Source: Marsupella aquatica (taxonomy: Eukaryota > Plantae > Marchantiophyta). Taken from it: DNA of 64,000 bases. The stretch covers positions 22,890,558-22,954,557 of the forward strand of contig OZ316895.1 of NCBI GenBank assembly GCA_973895155.1. The letters are read 5' to 3'. Each line of letters begins with the position of its first letter. The stretch's first letter is position 1. The notes under the pieces were generated by a model. It did no database searches, was not told the origin of the DNA, and saw only the letters and a program-made list of their open reading frames with translations. Position numbers and translations under genes: made by a program. This document shows, piece after piece, positions 1 through 12,615 of this stretch.

Positions 1-2039
1 ACCTGTAATACTTGCTTCACACTTAGTAGAATCTAACAGTATATGAAAGAGTCTTTTGGAAGTTTTTGAGTATCAATGTCAACTCATTAGTTCATCATAG
101 GGGCGAACTATGGCTCTAAATGATATCTAATCTCCCCAAACAATTTCTGTTATTTTTAAGAAAATGCCTAAAAAAAGTGTTACTTAGGGTTCAAATGTCC
201 TATGCTGGGAAGTGAGTTGGAAAGCCTGCAGGGGAGGTCTAGTACTATTCTCCTAGGGGTGGGCCTAGTCAAATTAACAATGGCCATTTAGGGGCAAGGG
301 CCCTTCTCTAGTGGCAGCTCTGGTTTAAGAAATTTGGACAATCAAAGGTTGGAATATAAAATTAATTGTGTGTCTGGTTGCCTCCAACACCTATCACAAT
401 ATATAACCAACAGATATTCTCATTTACACCCTTCCTAGGAAATGCCATGAAAATCTGAAAAATAGTCATCTATATCAAGCATACAATAATGCTCTCCTTA
501 TCTTCCTGACAATACTGCGATTATCACTAGAATTGCCACAATAGCTTATTTTGGCAACAGCTGTATCTGCTCCTTACAGAGTAGATTGCCAATTTTTATT
601 GTATGGGAGTGCCCATTCCCCCTCACCCCACACAAAGGGTTGCCAACAGTTTGTGTCCCTTTCTGACAGTTGCAAAATTAATTATATATAGTCATCCTGG
701 CAGTTGTTTCCTATTGTGCTGAGTTCTGGCTAAATTGTCTGCAATGACTCCCACTTGCTCAAGCTTCATAGCAGCAAGAATCAACCTCCATTCCATAGTC
801 ACCATTAATGCCTTTTGTCTAGCATACATTTCTTCACTAATCAATTTGATCCTGTCTTCTGTTGAAAAGCGAGCGATTGAGGGAAGTACATTTCTAGTAA
901 ATCGGCAGTTAAATGGGCAAAGGTTGCAAATTAATGTTGGTTAAATCATTCAAAGACTTAAGTTAGTAGGGAGTGCATTTGTACTTGTGATAAACTCCAA
1001 TGCCTTGACATAAACTGAGTTGGACTTCTCATTGTACACCCTTCTTCAAATATAGTCTATTAATTGAGTCAGTCATAGCTTATCACTCCACAAACATCAG
1101 TTGTGGTAATATCTGATGTGATTGTTTAGCTGATATTGTACAGCATTGCCAAAAAACAACAATGGCATCCACAACAAAACTTCGATTGGGAATTGAAGGC
1201 TACCAAGAAATGAATTTTCTATCTCATCTTCACACAGTTACTAACGGTACCCACAAAGTATGTACTGCAGGGTTCAATGTCTTGTTGTTTGGGGATTTAT
1301 GGCATAGGTTTACTGAACACTACCAAAAGTCCAACACACAAGTGATTAATCATTTGGGGAGAGACTCAAGTACAGTGGTACCCGGTAACTTAAGAAAAAG
1401 CCTTGTCAATTAATCCGTGGACCCCCATGTTCATCCAAGGAATGTTTGTGTGATTAAGTGAAATCAATTTTCATCAAGGCGGTAACCAATGGTTTTGAGT
1501 CTCCCGATGGTGTTGGTGTGTGCTCGTACAAAAACAAATACTCAAAAGATAGAGATTAATCAAACGAAAGGTTGAATGTGGAGGAATTGAGTTTTCTTAT
1601 AGGTTTTGCTTACAAATTGGAGAAATAATCTTTCAACCATTCTTGATTGATTGTTTGTGAGTTACATTGAGCATTATCGTCACAAGACAGACTAGAGCAC
1701 AACACTCAGCTGTTGGCAAAAGAGCGCTTGTCAATTTGGTGGGAAGAATGTTCACACAAAACGAACGAGTCGTCACTTCAAACAAAGGATTTGTAGTTAT
1801 TTTTATTTAAGAAAGCTATGGTGTGAGGGGAAGACCAACAATTGTTTCTTTGACATAGAGACTGCATTTGACGTCAACCTGTGTTCAGAGTGTCTGAGCT
1901 TTAGTTGAAGACTATCTACTTAAGAGATGCGAACAATTCAAGTCGGGAAGCAAGCATTGTGGACAAGCGATGGTCACGTAATCAAAGAAATCAATTTGTA
2001 GTAGCTAAGTTTGTGACGGTGACGAGATTGTGATATCTC

Positions 2040-2530
2040 TTAATCGAGAAAGGGTTTCCAATGAGCCTCAAATTGACAAATTTTGTCAAGTTCCATATGA
2101 GTTTTTGAATATCTTTGCCTTTCCAATGAGTATTAGTATGATAAATTTTGATTATGAGTTCATGAATTCTTTTAGCTTTCTAACATTGAGTCTGACATTT
2201 ACAAATTTTATGTCAGATTTTATCACGGTGCTCAAGAGATAAGGAGGTTTTCAATCTTTTTAGCTTTCTAATGTGTGACATTGAGATTATTTGTCAAGAA
2301 ATAGGGAGATCATGAGTATCTAAATTTCTCTAGCTTTCCAATGAACCTAACATTGATAGATTTTGTCAAGTACTAAGGAGATGATGAGTTTTTAATTTTA
2401 CTCTAGCTTTCCAATGAGTGACATTGAGAGATTTTATCAAGACATTACTAAAGAGATCACGAGTTTCTAAATCTTGATCTTGAATTTTCCAATGAATCAA
2501 ACATTGGAAAATTTTATCAAGTACTAAGGA
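2040..2530. repeat. Degenerate tandem repeat, unit about 60-65 bp
   Basis: Recurring motif TTTCCAATGA...ACATTGA.A.ATTTT.TCAAG...GGAGAT.ATGAGT, about 7 imperfect copies. Confidence 0.7.
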
Positions 2531-3685
2531 GATTTATTATTTAGTTTTACAATGTGAAGCCAAATGGGTTTTAATTATGTACATTTCTATCAATTGAGTT
2601 TTTCAAACTTGTAAATAATTAAAAAATACAAATATTTTGATATAAAACACTGATATATCTTTGACAAACATCAAAATGGTAACTTTGTTTTACTAATGAC
2701 ATCTCTTCCTTTGTATTTTGGTTTTTTTTACGTTTAGTATTTATGGCATGGCGCCCCCAAAATTACGTTGCTTTTGCCACAAACAGGAATGTGCACGTTT
2801 GTTATTGTTAAAAGTAAGATCATTCCTGTTTGTGGCTAGTTGTGATGATGTGGCGCAACCTCATGGCAGAGAATTTGCAAGAGACCCCTAATGGGGGTCT
2901 CATGCATTTAGAGTGGCCCACACTAACCTGGTGCCCACACTAATATGGTGACTCTCCAAACATCAAGAACTATAATACACAGTTGCGCCACTTTTTAGAG
3001 TGGTCTTCATTCAAATTTGCAGGACACAAAACTTAAAAAATCTGGTCAAAGGTAAGCAATAAAGCCAAAGTGTGAATTGAGTTTAGTGTGAGTCACAAAA
3101 AGTTACACCCTGCCCAAGACAAGTAAGAATAATCACACGAGGCACACAAAAAAAGAAGTGAAAGACTTTAACATAATGCACAAGGATCAAGGAGTATACA
3201 TTCATGCAAGAAAATATTGTACTTATTCACATGCAAATTTGTATTGTAGATATTCATTGTACATATTTCAATATTGTGTGCATCGTAATTTTGTATAATA
3301 TTGGTAAGACTCCATAAAAGTAATTTTTAATTGCTAATAACATTTTAGTCACTTGATCAATAAAAAAACTATTCTCCCAATATATGTGATGATTTTTACA
3401 GTCATTTGTATTGTCATTTTCAATGCAAAAAAACAAAAGTAATAAAGCCCAAAGACATAGTGAAGCGCATGGCATGAGTGTTGATGGCAAGGTCTCAGGC
3501 GAGGGGCACAATCGCAATGTAGGCGAGAATGTACGGTAGCCCCTCGATCTCACATGGGTGGGGAAGGGGGGCCGTGAACGAGTGGAGTGATGGTGAATGT
3601 GAAAAAGAGAAGACCAAAAATAGTAAAAGGGGAAAAGGCGGAGGTTAAGGTTTGAAAGGAACAATATTTTTTCTTAACAATATCT

Positions 3686-3713
3686 TTTGTGCAACGCACG
3701 GGTATTTTCCTGA
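3686..3713 (+). mobile_element. Decayed Helitron-like 3' terminus
   Basis: TTTGTGCAACGCACGGG-TATTTTCCTGA resembles the plant Helitron subterminal hairpin CCCGTGCAACGCACGGG followed by CTRR, with C>T decay in the left arm. Similar GCACGGG half-hairpins occur at about 13140-13197. Confidence 0.4.
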
Positions 3714-4287
3714 ACGATGTCTTGGCGCACACTCCATAGGTCATCCTGTTCTTCCCTTGTTTTTTACGCGATATAAGCGCTGTTTCTAAGACAGGGCTAA
3801 AAATCATTTAACTAAACGACAATTTTACAAGTGCTTACCCTTGATAAGGGTCTCTATGCTCTTATCAGTAAATGCACAAAATCATGAAATTCTATTTACA
3901 GATAAATGCATGCCCATTCTTAGTAGAGTATAGAATGTACTTTAGGAGGGTGGGCACAGAATTACGGCAGAATACAAAGTACACGGGTGACTACTCACTA
4001 ATGGAGGGGCTCTAAATTTAACAAAGGAATCTATATCAAGTGCACTTATCAATAAGTGCACTTTTTAGGAGGGTGCATTTATCAAAGAATGTAACACCTG
4101 GTTTAGTGCATGCCGGAGCACCCTTCCCAAGGGAGTGCACTTAGTATTGTCACATTTTATGTGCAATTAGGGGACTCATGCTACAGTAGTGGCTGAGATG
4201 ACTACAACCAGTATGTACTAGATGACCAGGACAATGACAACATACACAGGCAAGACTGGTCAAGCAAGATGGGTCTTGGTAACTGCA

Positions 4288-4433
4288 CATAATATGACAT
4301 ATAGTGCATCATTTCATACCATGATAAACTTTGTTATTTTCTTTAAATCAATCAGTGCGGGACATAATATGACATATATTACATCATTCCATACCATGAT
4401 AAACCATGTTATTTTCTTTAAATCAATCAGTGC
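4288..4433. repeat. 75-bp tandem duplication
   Basis: CATAATATGACATAT...TTCTTTAAATCAATCAGTGC starts at 4288 and again at 4363. Confidence 0.9.
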
Positions 4434-7421
4434 ACACCGCAATGATTCAAAAATTGTTCTTTGGCCAGGCCCACTTCCAGGCGATCACTATGTTCCTTTT
4501 CCTCATGTTGGCCAAGCAGAATTGCATCATTTGTATAACCTGGGACCTCTCGGTTCTAGGCTAAGGGGCTCATTCTCTGGCCAACTGACTAAAGCCAGAT
4601 GGTTTGTACAATCCAGCATTGGTTAAGCAGAATTGTAGAACTTGAAACTTGACCAATTCTTATGTATGATGCAGCTTTTGGTCGAGCAGAATCGCGCCAT
4701 CTGTAGAGAGCCCGAGACTAGAGGAAATCTCATTCACAATCCAGCTTTGGCCAAGCATCATTCTACGAATTGCATCATTCGAAGAACTTGAGACTTGAGC
4801 AACTCTCATGTACTATACGATACAGCTCCAACTGCTGGGTTCTCTAGACGGCCAGTCGCGTTTGATGAGAAGAACATATCTATTTTCTTTCATTACCTCG
4901 AACACTTTCAAAGGATTCCATAGCAAGAAACCGCATACCACCGCATCAAATTGGAATGAGTATGAAAAGAGGTTGCCTCACTCGTGTAGCACCTATGGCA
5001 AGACTCCCTTATTTAAGTTACTTGCGATCCAAAGAAACGGGAAACTCTCCGCCCCGTTAATAAACCATAACCGTTGATGCCACTGTCTCTTGACGCCATA
5101 CTGTCATCGTCAAAATTGAAAACTTACTAATGGGAGAATCACCTGGAAGGTCTCATTCGAAAGAAATTGTTCACAGCCCTTCGATGAAACTATCCAGGTC
5201 TTCTAATTTGAAATTAATTTACCCCTCTGGAATGCCCAGGAAAGAAAAATGGCCAAAACGACAATCAATTCACCTACATTTGGCATGAGCCTGTTGGTTT
5301 GACGATGCTGGGGTCCGCTTTGACAATGCACACCGAAATTGGTTCATTCCTTCCTAGACCTTGGGGTCCACATTGCACTAGATACCAAAGCTGCGCAGGC
5401 AATTCCACGTTAGACTTGCATGGCATGATCTACAGATCTTTGGCCAGGCCTAGTCACCCTGTTTTCTTTTGTTTAGCCTATATAGCCTGCCAGTGTTGAG
5501 ATCCCAGCAGAATCGCATCATGTAACTTGTGATTGGGACTTGAGCTAAGACGTTTTTGAGACAGCTGCATGGTTGAATAAATGGTTTATATTGGATCGGA
5601 AGTGACTTGGACATACTCAGTCCATTTTTTATTTGTTAGTATCTAATCAACCCTCCACGTTGAAGATAGACAGAGCAGACGAGGCAAATGAATATGGTTC
5701 CCTCTCATCGATCAAACTCGGCGGGCGTCTAGAATCTAGCGGATTCCAGGAGGTAGAGTTGGTAAGCGTCCTAAAAAACTTCCTATGCCATTCTATGTTG
5801 ACAGCTCTGTTCAATGAAACTATCCATCCAATTCATAAGTGTGAAAACTTGACCACTTTGGAAAGCCCAGGAAAGAAAAGTGGCTAAAAGTACCTGCAGC
5901 GGTGGGTACTCTCATTCCAGCTTGAACATGTTATTAACACTAATGTGATATATAAAAGTCTGGCTCCTTCGAACAAAATTGTTAACAGCTCTTCAATGAA
6001 CCCAGCTTTTAAATGTGAAATTTACCATTGCTTGGGAACCCCAGATTGAAAAGAAAATAGCGAACAGTACCTGGTGGGGGGGGCACTCTCATGCAAGTTA
6101 ACTTGAACCTCTAAGCAATACGTCGATCCATTCACGTACAAGAATATGGCATGTGTCTATGGTTTGACGAATTTGGGACACTACAGTAGAGACGAAAACC
6201 GGTTGATGCGCTCCTACAACTTGGGGACCACTAGCTCTGCACTAGATACCAAAGCTTAGTCGGCAATTCCACGTTGCTCGTTGCATGGCATGAACAAGAG
6301 AACAATTACCGTGCATGCAAACAAGGAAGCATGCTTGCCCTTCTCCTGTGCAATTGCGTCTTAAATCGGCTCGTTTCCACTTAGGATACTGACTTGAATC
6401 TACAGTAGAATATGTTACAACGCTTTATGACTCGATCAAGAGGATAAGTTAGAATTGAGTGGCACTTGAGAGTTCTAAAACCAGCCAGCTACTTCGTGTA
6501 CATTGTTTGATAGCCTTATGTGCACAGCTAGGGCCATGACGTGCGTAGCCACTAGCTCCAAGGCAGCTTGACATTTGCTATTTTCAAGGTAAGTCATCTT
6601 ATGACGAGTTTGCGTGAAAGAGCATGAAAAAATCGAGGTGGGATCGATGAAAAGGTTTCTTTCTTATCGGGACGGATCTGGTGTGGAAAGGTACTAAAGG
6701 TGACTCAATTCAAGAATCCAGCTGTTGTAAGACAATGTTGTCCGGTGAGCAATCCTCGATGGATGACGTTGAGCTAGCTAACTTATGTGTTCTTTAGTCC
6801 AGAGCAATTAATCCAGGAATCCAGCTGTGCTAAGACATACACATCCTTTGAGCATTCCTCGATAGATGACGTTGAGCAGCTAACTTATGTGTCCTTCGCT
6901 ACGGAGCAATTAATTCAGCCATGCGTGGATTTATCCGACCGACGCACCGATGCATCAGGGCATCGGCATTAGACACGTCTTTTTCCTTGCAAGTTGTAAC
7001 CTCATCCGTTATTCAGCTCCGCATGCAGATGGAGTGCTGGCTCGGCTGAAAGAATTACCTAGTTAGTGGCAGCTTCACTTCGTAATTCCAACCATTTATC
7101 AGTGGATGGAACAACTAGCAACATCATGCATAGAGCAGCTACTTACGATAGCTCACCGCTCTGTTACTGTGCATCAAACTCAGAACAGAGTGTAAAAAGC
7201 CCTAAACCCAGAGCTCAGAAGTGCAGGCTATTAAATTTCAAGTGTGACAAGCCCTAAACCCAGAGCTCAGGAGCGCAGGCTTTTAAGTCTGAGATACGTG
7301 TGAAAAGCCCTAAATCCAGAGGGTCCAGAGCTCAGGAGGGCATTGAATTCAAACAAACAGTTGCAGTAACCTTCGACCTGGAATTGTTTGAGGCTCGCCT
7401 CTATCAATTGGCCAAAGGATC

Positions 7422-8282
7422 ATGGCATTGCAGCTCGACTTTAGGAACGACTACCTTTCACAGTATCTGCAAGAACTCACGGATAAGTTGCGGTTTGCTT
7501 GCTCAAATGAGGTTTCAAGAGAAATCACCCATCTACTGAACGTGCTTGCATCAGCTCCCGCTCTCTCTCCTTACCATCCCGTTAAACGACGCTCTTCCAT
7601 TCTTGATCGAAGAAAAATAGCAGACGGTGATAGATTGGTCGCTGATTGACTCTCTCCTATGCCATGAACAATTTATATCGACCTCACTGAGCAACTATTA
7701 GTGAAAATTCTCGTTGTTCGTTTCCTGGATTCTCGCCACTGAGTTGTTGCCATAGATGGTGAGTACAGCTGTTTTCAATACAGCTTGCTTCCCCTGAAAA
7801 TTACTCCACAAGTTGAAGAGACTAGCTTGATCGAGCGTGTGCTCTTGATCTCACGTGTCGAGTTTGTGGTTCTTTTCCTAGCAAACTACAGTACCGTGGT
7901 TCCTCTCTGGAAAGCTTGCCCTGACAATTCAGTGTGGTGCAGGGTGCACCGCAACTGCCGAATGGGAGATTGAATGCAAATTGTACTCTAAAGTCTTTCC
8001 GTTCTAGCAGTGACAACTTACCAGTGACCAGTGACCTTTCTTCCACGATGCGAGACTGACTTCAATTTAATTCCTGACAGGCTTGCAGTAGGTTTAACGG
8101 ATTCCGTCCGTATCACAGTTCTACGCGTGCATATCGCATGCAAAATCTGATCTCTCGCGGTCACAGTAAACTTTGTAACAGGTAGACAAGAGCAACCTGT
8201 CGAATCTCTGGATGATCTTGGATTAAAAAATCGCGATCGTCATCTAACAGCAGATTTTCTACTCAAACGACAGGAACTCTAA
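7422..8282 (+). pseudogene. Possible decayed intron-containing gene, weakly NTF2/SnoaL-like
   Basis: ATG-initiated ORF 7422-7649, donor ATG/GTGAGT at about 7758, acceptor GTGCAG at about 7942. Fragments LDRRKIADGDRLVAD, IYIDL and AEWEIECKLYSKVFPF loosely recall plant SnoaL-like proteins. Contains stops and frameshifts. Confidence 0.25.
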
Positions 8283-8395
8283 AAGCTTGTAATGCATATT
8301 ATTTGTATCCCGTGGCTTCAAAGCTTGTAATGCATATTATTTGTATCCCGTGGCTTCAAAGCTTGTAATGCACATTATTTTTATCCCGTGGCTTC
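8282..8395. repeat. 38-bp tandem repeat x3, nested in a larger duplication (about 8197-8320 vs 8408-8540)
   Basis: AAAGCTTGTAATGCATATTATTTGTATCCCGTGGCTTC repeated three times, with a fourth diverged copy near 8498. Confidence 0.9.
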
Positions 8396-8879
8396 ATCAG
8401 GATCATTCTGTCGAACCTCTCGATGATCTTGGATAAAAAACTCGTGATGGTCATGTGACAGCCCGACCAAGTTCCAGAATGAACGACAGGAACTCTAAAA
8501 GCTTGTAATGCATATATAATTATTATCCCGTTGCTTCATCAGCACAAAGCTCAAGAACTGTCTGTAATGAAAGTACTGTGAAAGTGCTGGCTGTCTCAAA
8601 CTTACTGGTGAGATGCAAAAATCGCCATGGGCACGCTAGGCATTTTGGATCGAGTTTGGATCCAGCTGCACATGTGGGACTTTCCGCATTTCTAAATTAA
8701 AATTGGTTTCATTTGTTGGAAAGGATCGATCGATACATCGAGATACTCCAGGGAGATCATTCATAGCTTTGATTTCATCTGGTCTCTTCCCTTTTCCTTC
8801 GTGACCCATCGATAGCTGTAAGGGCAATACTTCCACACTCCCTACTAACATTGCAGCATGATTTAGATTGCCCATCATT

Positions 8880-9250
8880 CGCCATATCTGTGACTAGAAA
8901 GCTAGACTAACACTCATTTGTAACTCGTCCAAGTGTGTGATCAGAAAAATTAGACTGACAATAATTAGTAACTCGTCCATGTGTGTGATTAGGAAATTAA
9001 GCAGCCAATCATTCGTAAGTAGTCCATGTGTTTGATTAGAAAATTAGGCAGTCAATCATTCGTAAGTAGTCCATGTGTGTGATTAGAAAATGAGACAGCC
9101 AATCATTTGTAACTCGTCCATGTGTGTGATTAGAAAATTATATAGCCAATGATTCGTGATTACACAAGTCCATGTGGACCATGTGTGTGATTAGAACATT
9201 AGATTGCCAATCATTCTTCACTAGTCCTTGATTAGAAAACCTGGCTGGGA
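8880..9250. repeat. 47-bp minisatellite, about 7-8 copies
   Basis: GTCCATGTGTGTGATTAGAAAATTAG..AGCCAATCATT.GTAA at 8975, 9022, 9069 and 9116 (period 47), with more degenerate flanking copies. Confidence 0.9.
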
Positions 9251-10339
9251 ATCATTCATAACTCTTCCTGTAATATTAATTAGGTTCACACAAAAAATAA
9301 GCAATAAAAAAGATTTTGGTGCACAGGGAAAATTGGAGAGTAAATTCAATTCTAGATATGCCAGCATGAGAAATGTTACATGAGGCAAAATTCCTGTGAA
9401 ACTTCGTTTTATGTTGCAATAGGCCACAAACACATGTATGGCTAGATATCAGTGAAACACTACATGGATAAGAATTTTTGGCTGGACAAAAATATAAATG
9501 GCCACCTGTGAAAGTATGGAAGGACGTAAAATTAACTTTTGGTGATCAAAGATTGCAAACCCAGTTACCACTACATTATGTGATAAAGGTTATTACAATG
9601 ATTTAAAGAGGATCCATTCCTGACAATTTCGAATGATTGTCACTAAATTTCGTAAATAGTTGACTATTTTTTGTCCCATAGTGTCCATTTAAGGCGTTCT
9701 CCCTCTCCACATATGTATATTTTCTTGTGCAATCTGTTTACATCCTCTTCTACTTGTTCTGGTGCCTGTATGACTCATTGCATCTTTGCCAAGGTAGTAT
9801 GTAGGCAACCGTCTAAAGCATACTCCATCTAATTTTGAGTATATAATTGCAAACTCGCAAGTTCTCCAAAATCATCCCTTTCTGACCATGGGCAACAAAT
9901 TGGCAGGCACTGTTGGACCTGACTCCAAATTAGCAAACACTTGCTAAGTGAAATTCTCCATTTGGTTCTTTTTTTGACCATTTTTGTGATATTCATATTC
10001 CCTTTTTTACTAGCTCAGACCAGGGCCAGGAAATCCAGGATACAGCATGTTCTTCCTGGAACATGCTTCATTTATAGTCATGATTTATTTATTGACTTCT
10101 ACACTATCTTACAAAGTTAAATTTAATATTCCATTCTAAAACAAATGAATAAGTGGAGTGAGAAAGACTGAGCTAGTGTGAAGGGAGCAAGGGGAGCTTA
10201 AAAGTCTCATAGGATAGTGGTGCAGACAATTGAGTGATTCATGGCATCTCCAGGTCAAATCTCTGCTATGACATTACCGGTGAGGGATCATGATTCAAAT
10301 GATTGGATGGAGAGTCGCATAAAAAAGAAATTAGGGTTA

Positions 10340-10410
10340 TTTTAGTACGAGTAAGCTGAACACCTAAAGGTGCTTACACCTCTCGCCTATCAAAGTGATG
10401 GTCTTTCACC
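10340..10410 (-). pseudogene. rrn26: NUMT: fragment of the 3' end of mitochondrial large-subunit (26S) rRNA
   Basis: Plus strand TTTAGTACGAG...GGTGCTTACACCTCTCGCCTATCAA is the reverse complement of the conserved LSU rRNA 3'-terminal helices in the plant mitochondrial variant (GGCGAGAGGTGTAAGCACC...CTCGTACTAAA). About 70 bp, in nuclear intergenic DNA. Confidence 0.75.
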
Positions 10411-12233
10411 TTGTATGAGAAAATATATGGACAGGGAGAAATTTATAAGGGTGATAAAATGACTGACTATCATAAACCTGATCAAAGAAAACTAAAGGGG
10501 TCTAATTTCATTCAAACTTGACAGAAAAATACCCCCAACTATACACATCTGAAATTTAATAAATGTCACTGGACAAATTGACTGAGCATGTCACGTGCTC
10601 TTCTCTCTGAGAGAGACATCATATAAATGATAGCTACTATATTAGACTATGTGGCCAAACAATGGGCAGTCCTAACACATTTACACGAGAAACTGTGTAA
10701 GTTACAACATCATAAGTAATCATAAGCCAGAAACCCCTTAAAAAGTCCCCACAACATTGTCCTAGTAGAAACTAAAATATATGACATGATTCTATTGAAT
10801 TTGAGAGTCCACAGACTGGATGAATTCCGCCAAAAAGAAACATAGACACCAAAACCAAGGTAAACTCTTCTGGTAGAGCATCTACTGCATACTGCATGTT
10901 TACCGTAATCATTGTTATAATGCAGGAAGGAGTGTTACTAAAACATTTGTATTAGCAACACCAATTGTTATAATGCAGGACGGAGTGTTAACCAATTGTT
11001 ATAATGCAGGACGGAGTGTTACTAAAACATTTGTATTAGCAACGCCAATTTTGGCGAACGTGATGTTGAGTCCAAAGTAATACTAGTTTTTGTTAGTTTT
11101 CCAAAACTGTGTTTTTGGACCCTTATAGGAATCAAGTCCTTGCAAGATTCTTGGCACAAGAGGCTGCCACATCATATTTTTGCGCAAACATAAATGACAA
11201 TGTTTCTTTCCGGTAACAACATCGTTGTACTTGTTTGTCCAGATGCCAACAAAACCAGTTAGCTCCAGGAATGGTAAAAACTTGGGGAAAACAAAATTAA
11301 ACATACCAAACAACAAAGAGAGGGTGGTAAGAAACTTACCTTTGCAACAGATTATTTACCTTTCAACCCGTTAAAATAATTTTGTAAATAATTTAATAAA
11401 TTGTATGTTAGATACTTTACCTGCCCATCTTTACGAATCTACTTGGTAACCACCTTCCTTTAGTGACAGAGTGATGTGCCAAAAATCCTGGCATAATCTG
11501 AACAAACAATAGGGTAAAACATACATCCCCTCAAATAAGCCATCATATTTCTGAAATTGACAAATGCAATCAGATGTTGATGATTATGATGATGTGCCCA
11601 CATTATTGATAGTTAAATGTTTTAGGTGTTCTCTTAAAGTTTTCATAATGCTGTTTCACTGCAAAAATATTGTCTATCACCATCCTAAGTTGCATTAAAA
11701 GAGCTTTTCCCAAAGTTTTTCAACCAGAGCTTTGTCTTTCAAGTCCAATTTGGCTGAGATGTTTTATGGTGCTGCCTAGCTTGGGGACCTACTCACTATA
11801 AAAATTTGAAGGAAATTGATTTTTGAAACCTTTCCAATGACCCTCATCAAACCAATCAGATGAAAGAGAACTGGAAAATTAAAAGTTGGGTGGGGGTGGG
11901 AGAGGAAAAAAAGAAATGAAACTTACTCTGCTAATTGACATAAATGATTTGGTGGATTCCTTTGTATCCAAATGGAATAACTTAAGGACAGCTTGAATGG
12001 ATCATGAGTGAAATGTCGTGACTATTAAAGACAACTAAAATGAGCTCTTTATTCTGCAAAGTGCTGATGGCACTAGGAGTCAGTCCAAAATGAACGATCA
12101 CTAGATTCAATAGGATCAGAACATAATAACTCAAAGTATTTATATGATTCAATAGGATCAGAACATAGTAACTCAAAGTTATTATGTTCTGATCCTATAA
12201 CATAGTATGTTCTTAACTATGTTATAACAACTA

Positions 12234-12615
12234 CACTGTTCACCGTAATTAGTGTGACTAACACTAATTCGAGAGCGTCCATTTTCAGGGTCTACTCGTG
12301 AATTAGTGTTAGTCACACTAATTTTGTGCTAACACTATATTCGGGCACATGAATTAGTGTTACTATGGTCTTAAAAGTGGCAAAATACAAAGGAAAAGAC
12401 TATTTTAAAAAATCCACAACAATTAGTGCTACTTTGGACTAGAGATCATCCATTTTTTACAAGCAATTTAAATTAAACTGAAAAAAATTCATTTTGAAAA
12501 CCGATAAAAATTAGTGTTACTTGGACTCAAAATCATTTTTACCAAAATTAGTGTTAGTAACACTAATTTTGTACTAACACTAATTCTTGCATAACACTAA
12601 TTACGGTGAACAGTG
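12234..12615. mobile_element. MITE, 382 bp, Tc1/mariner-type (TA target duplication)
   Basis: Perfect 22-bp TIR CACTGTTCACCGTAATTAGTGT / ACACTAATTACGGTGAACAGTG flanked by TA (12232-3 and 12616-7). Many internal AATTAGTGTTA / TAACACTAATT subterminal motifs and no coding capacity. Confidence 0.9.

Noticed and set aside
7329-7340. miR390-like sequence AGCTCAGGAGGG
   Set aside because: Only a 12-nt match inside a local repeat, with no precursor hairpin.
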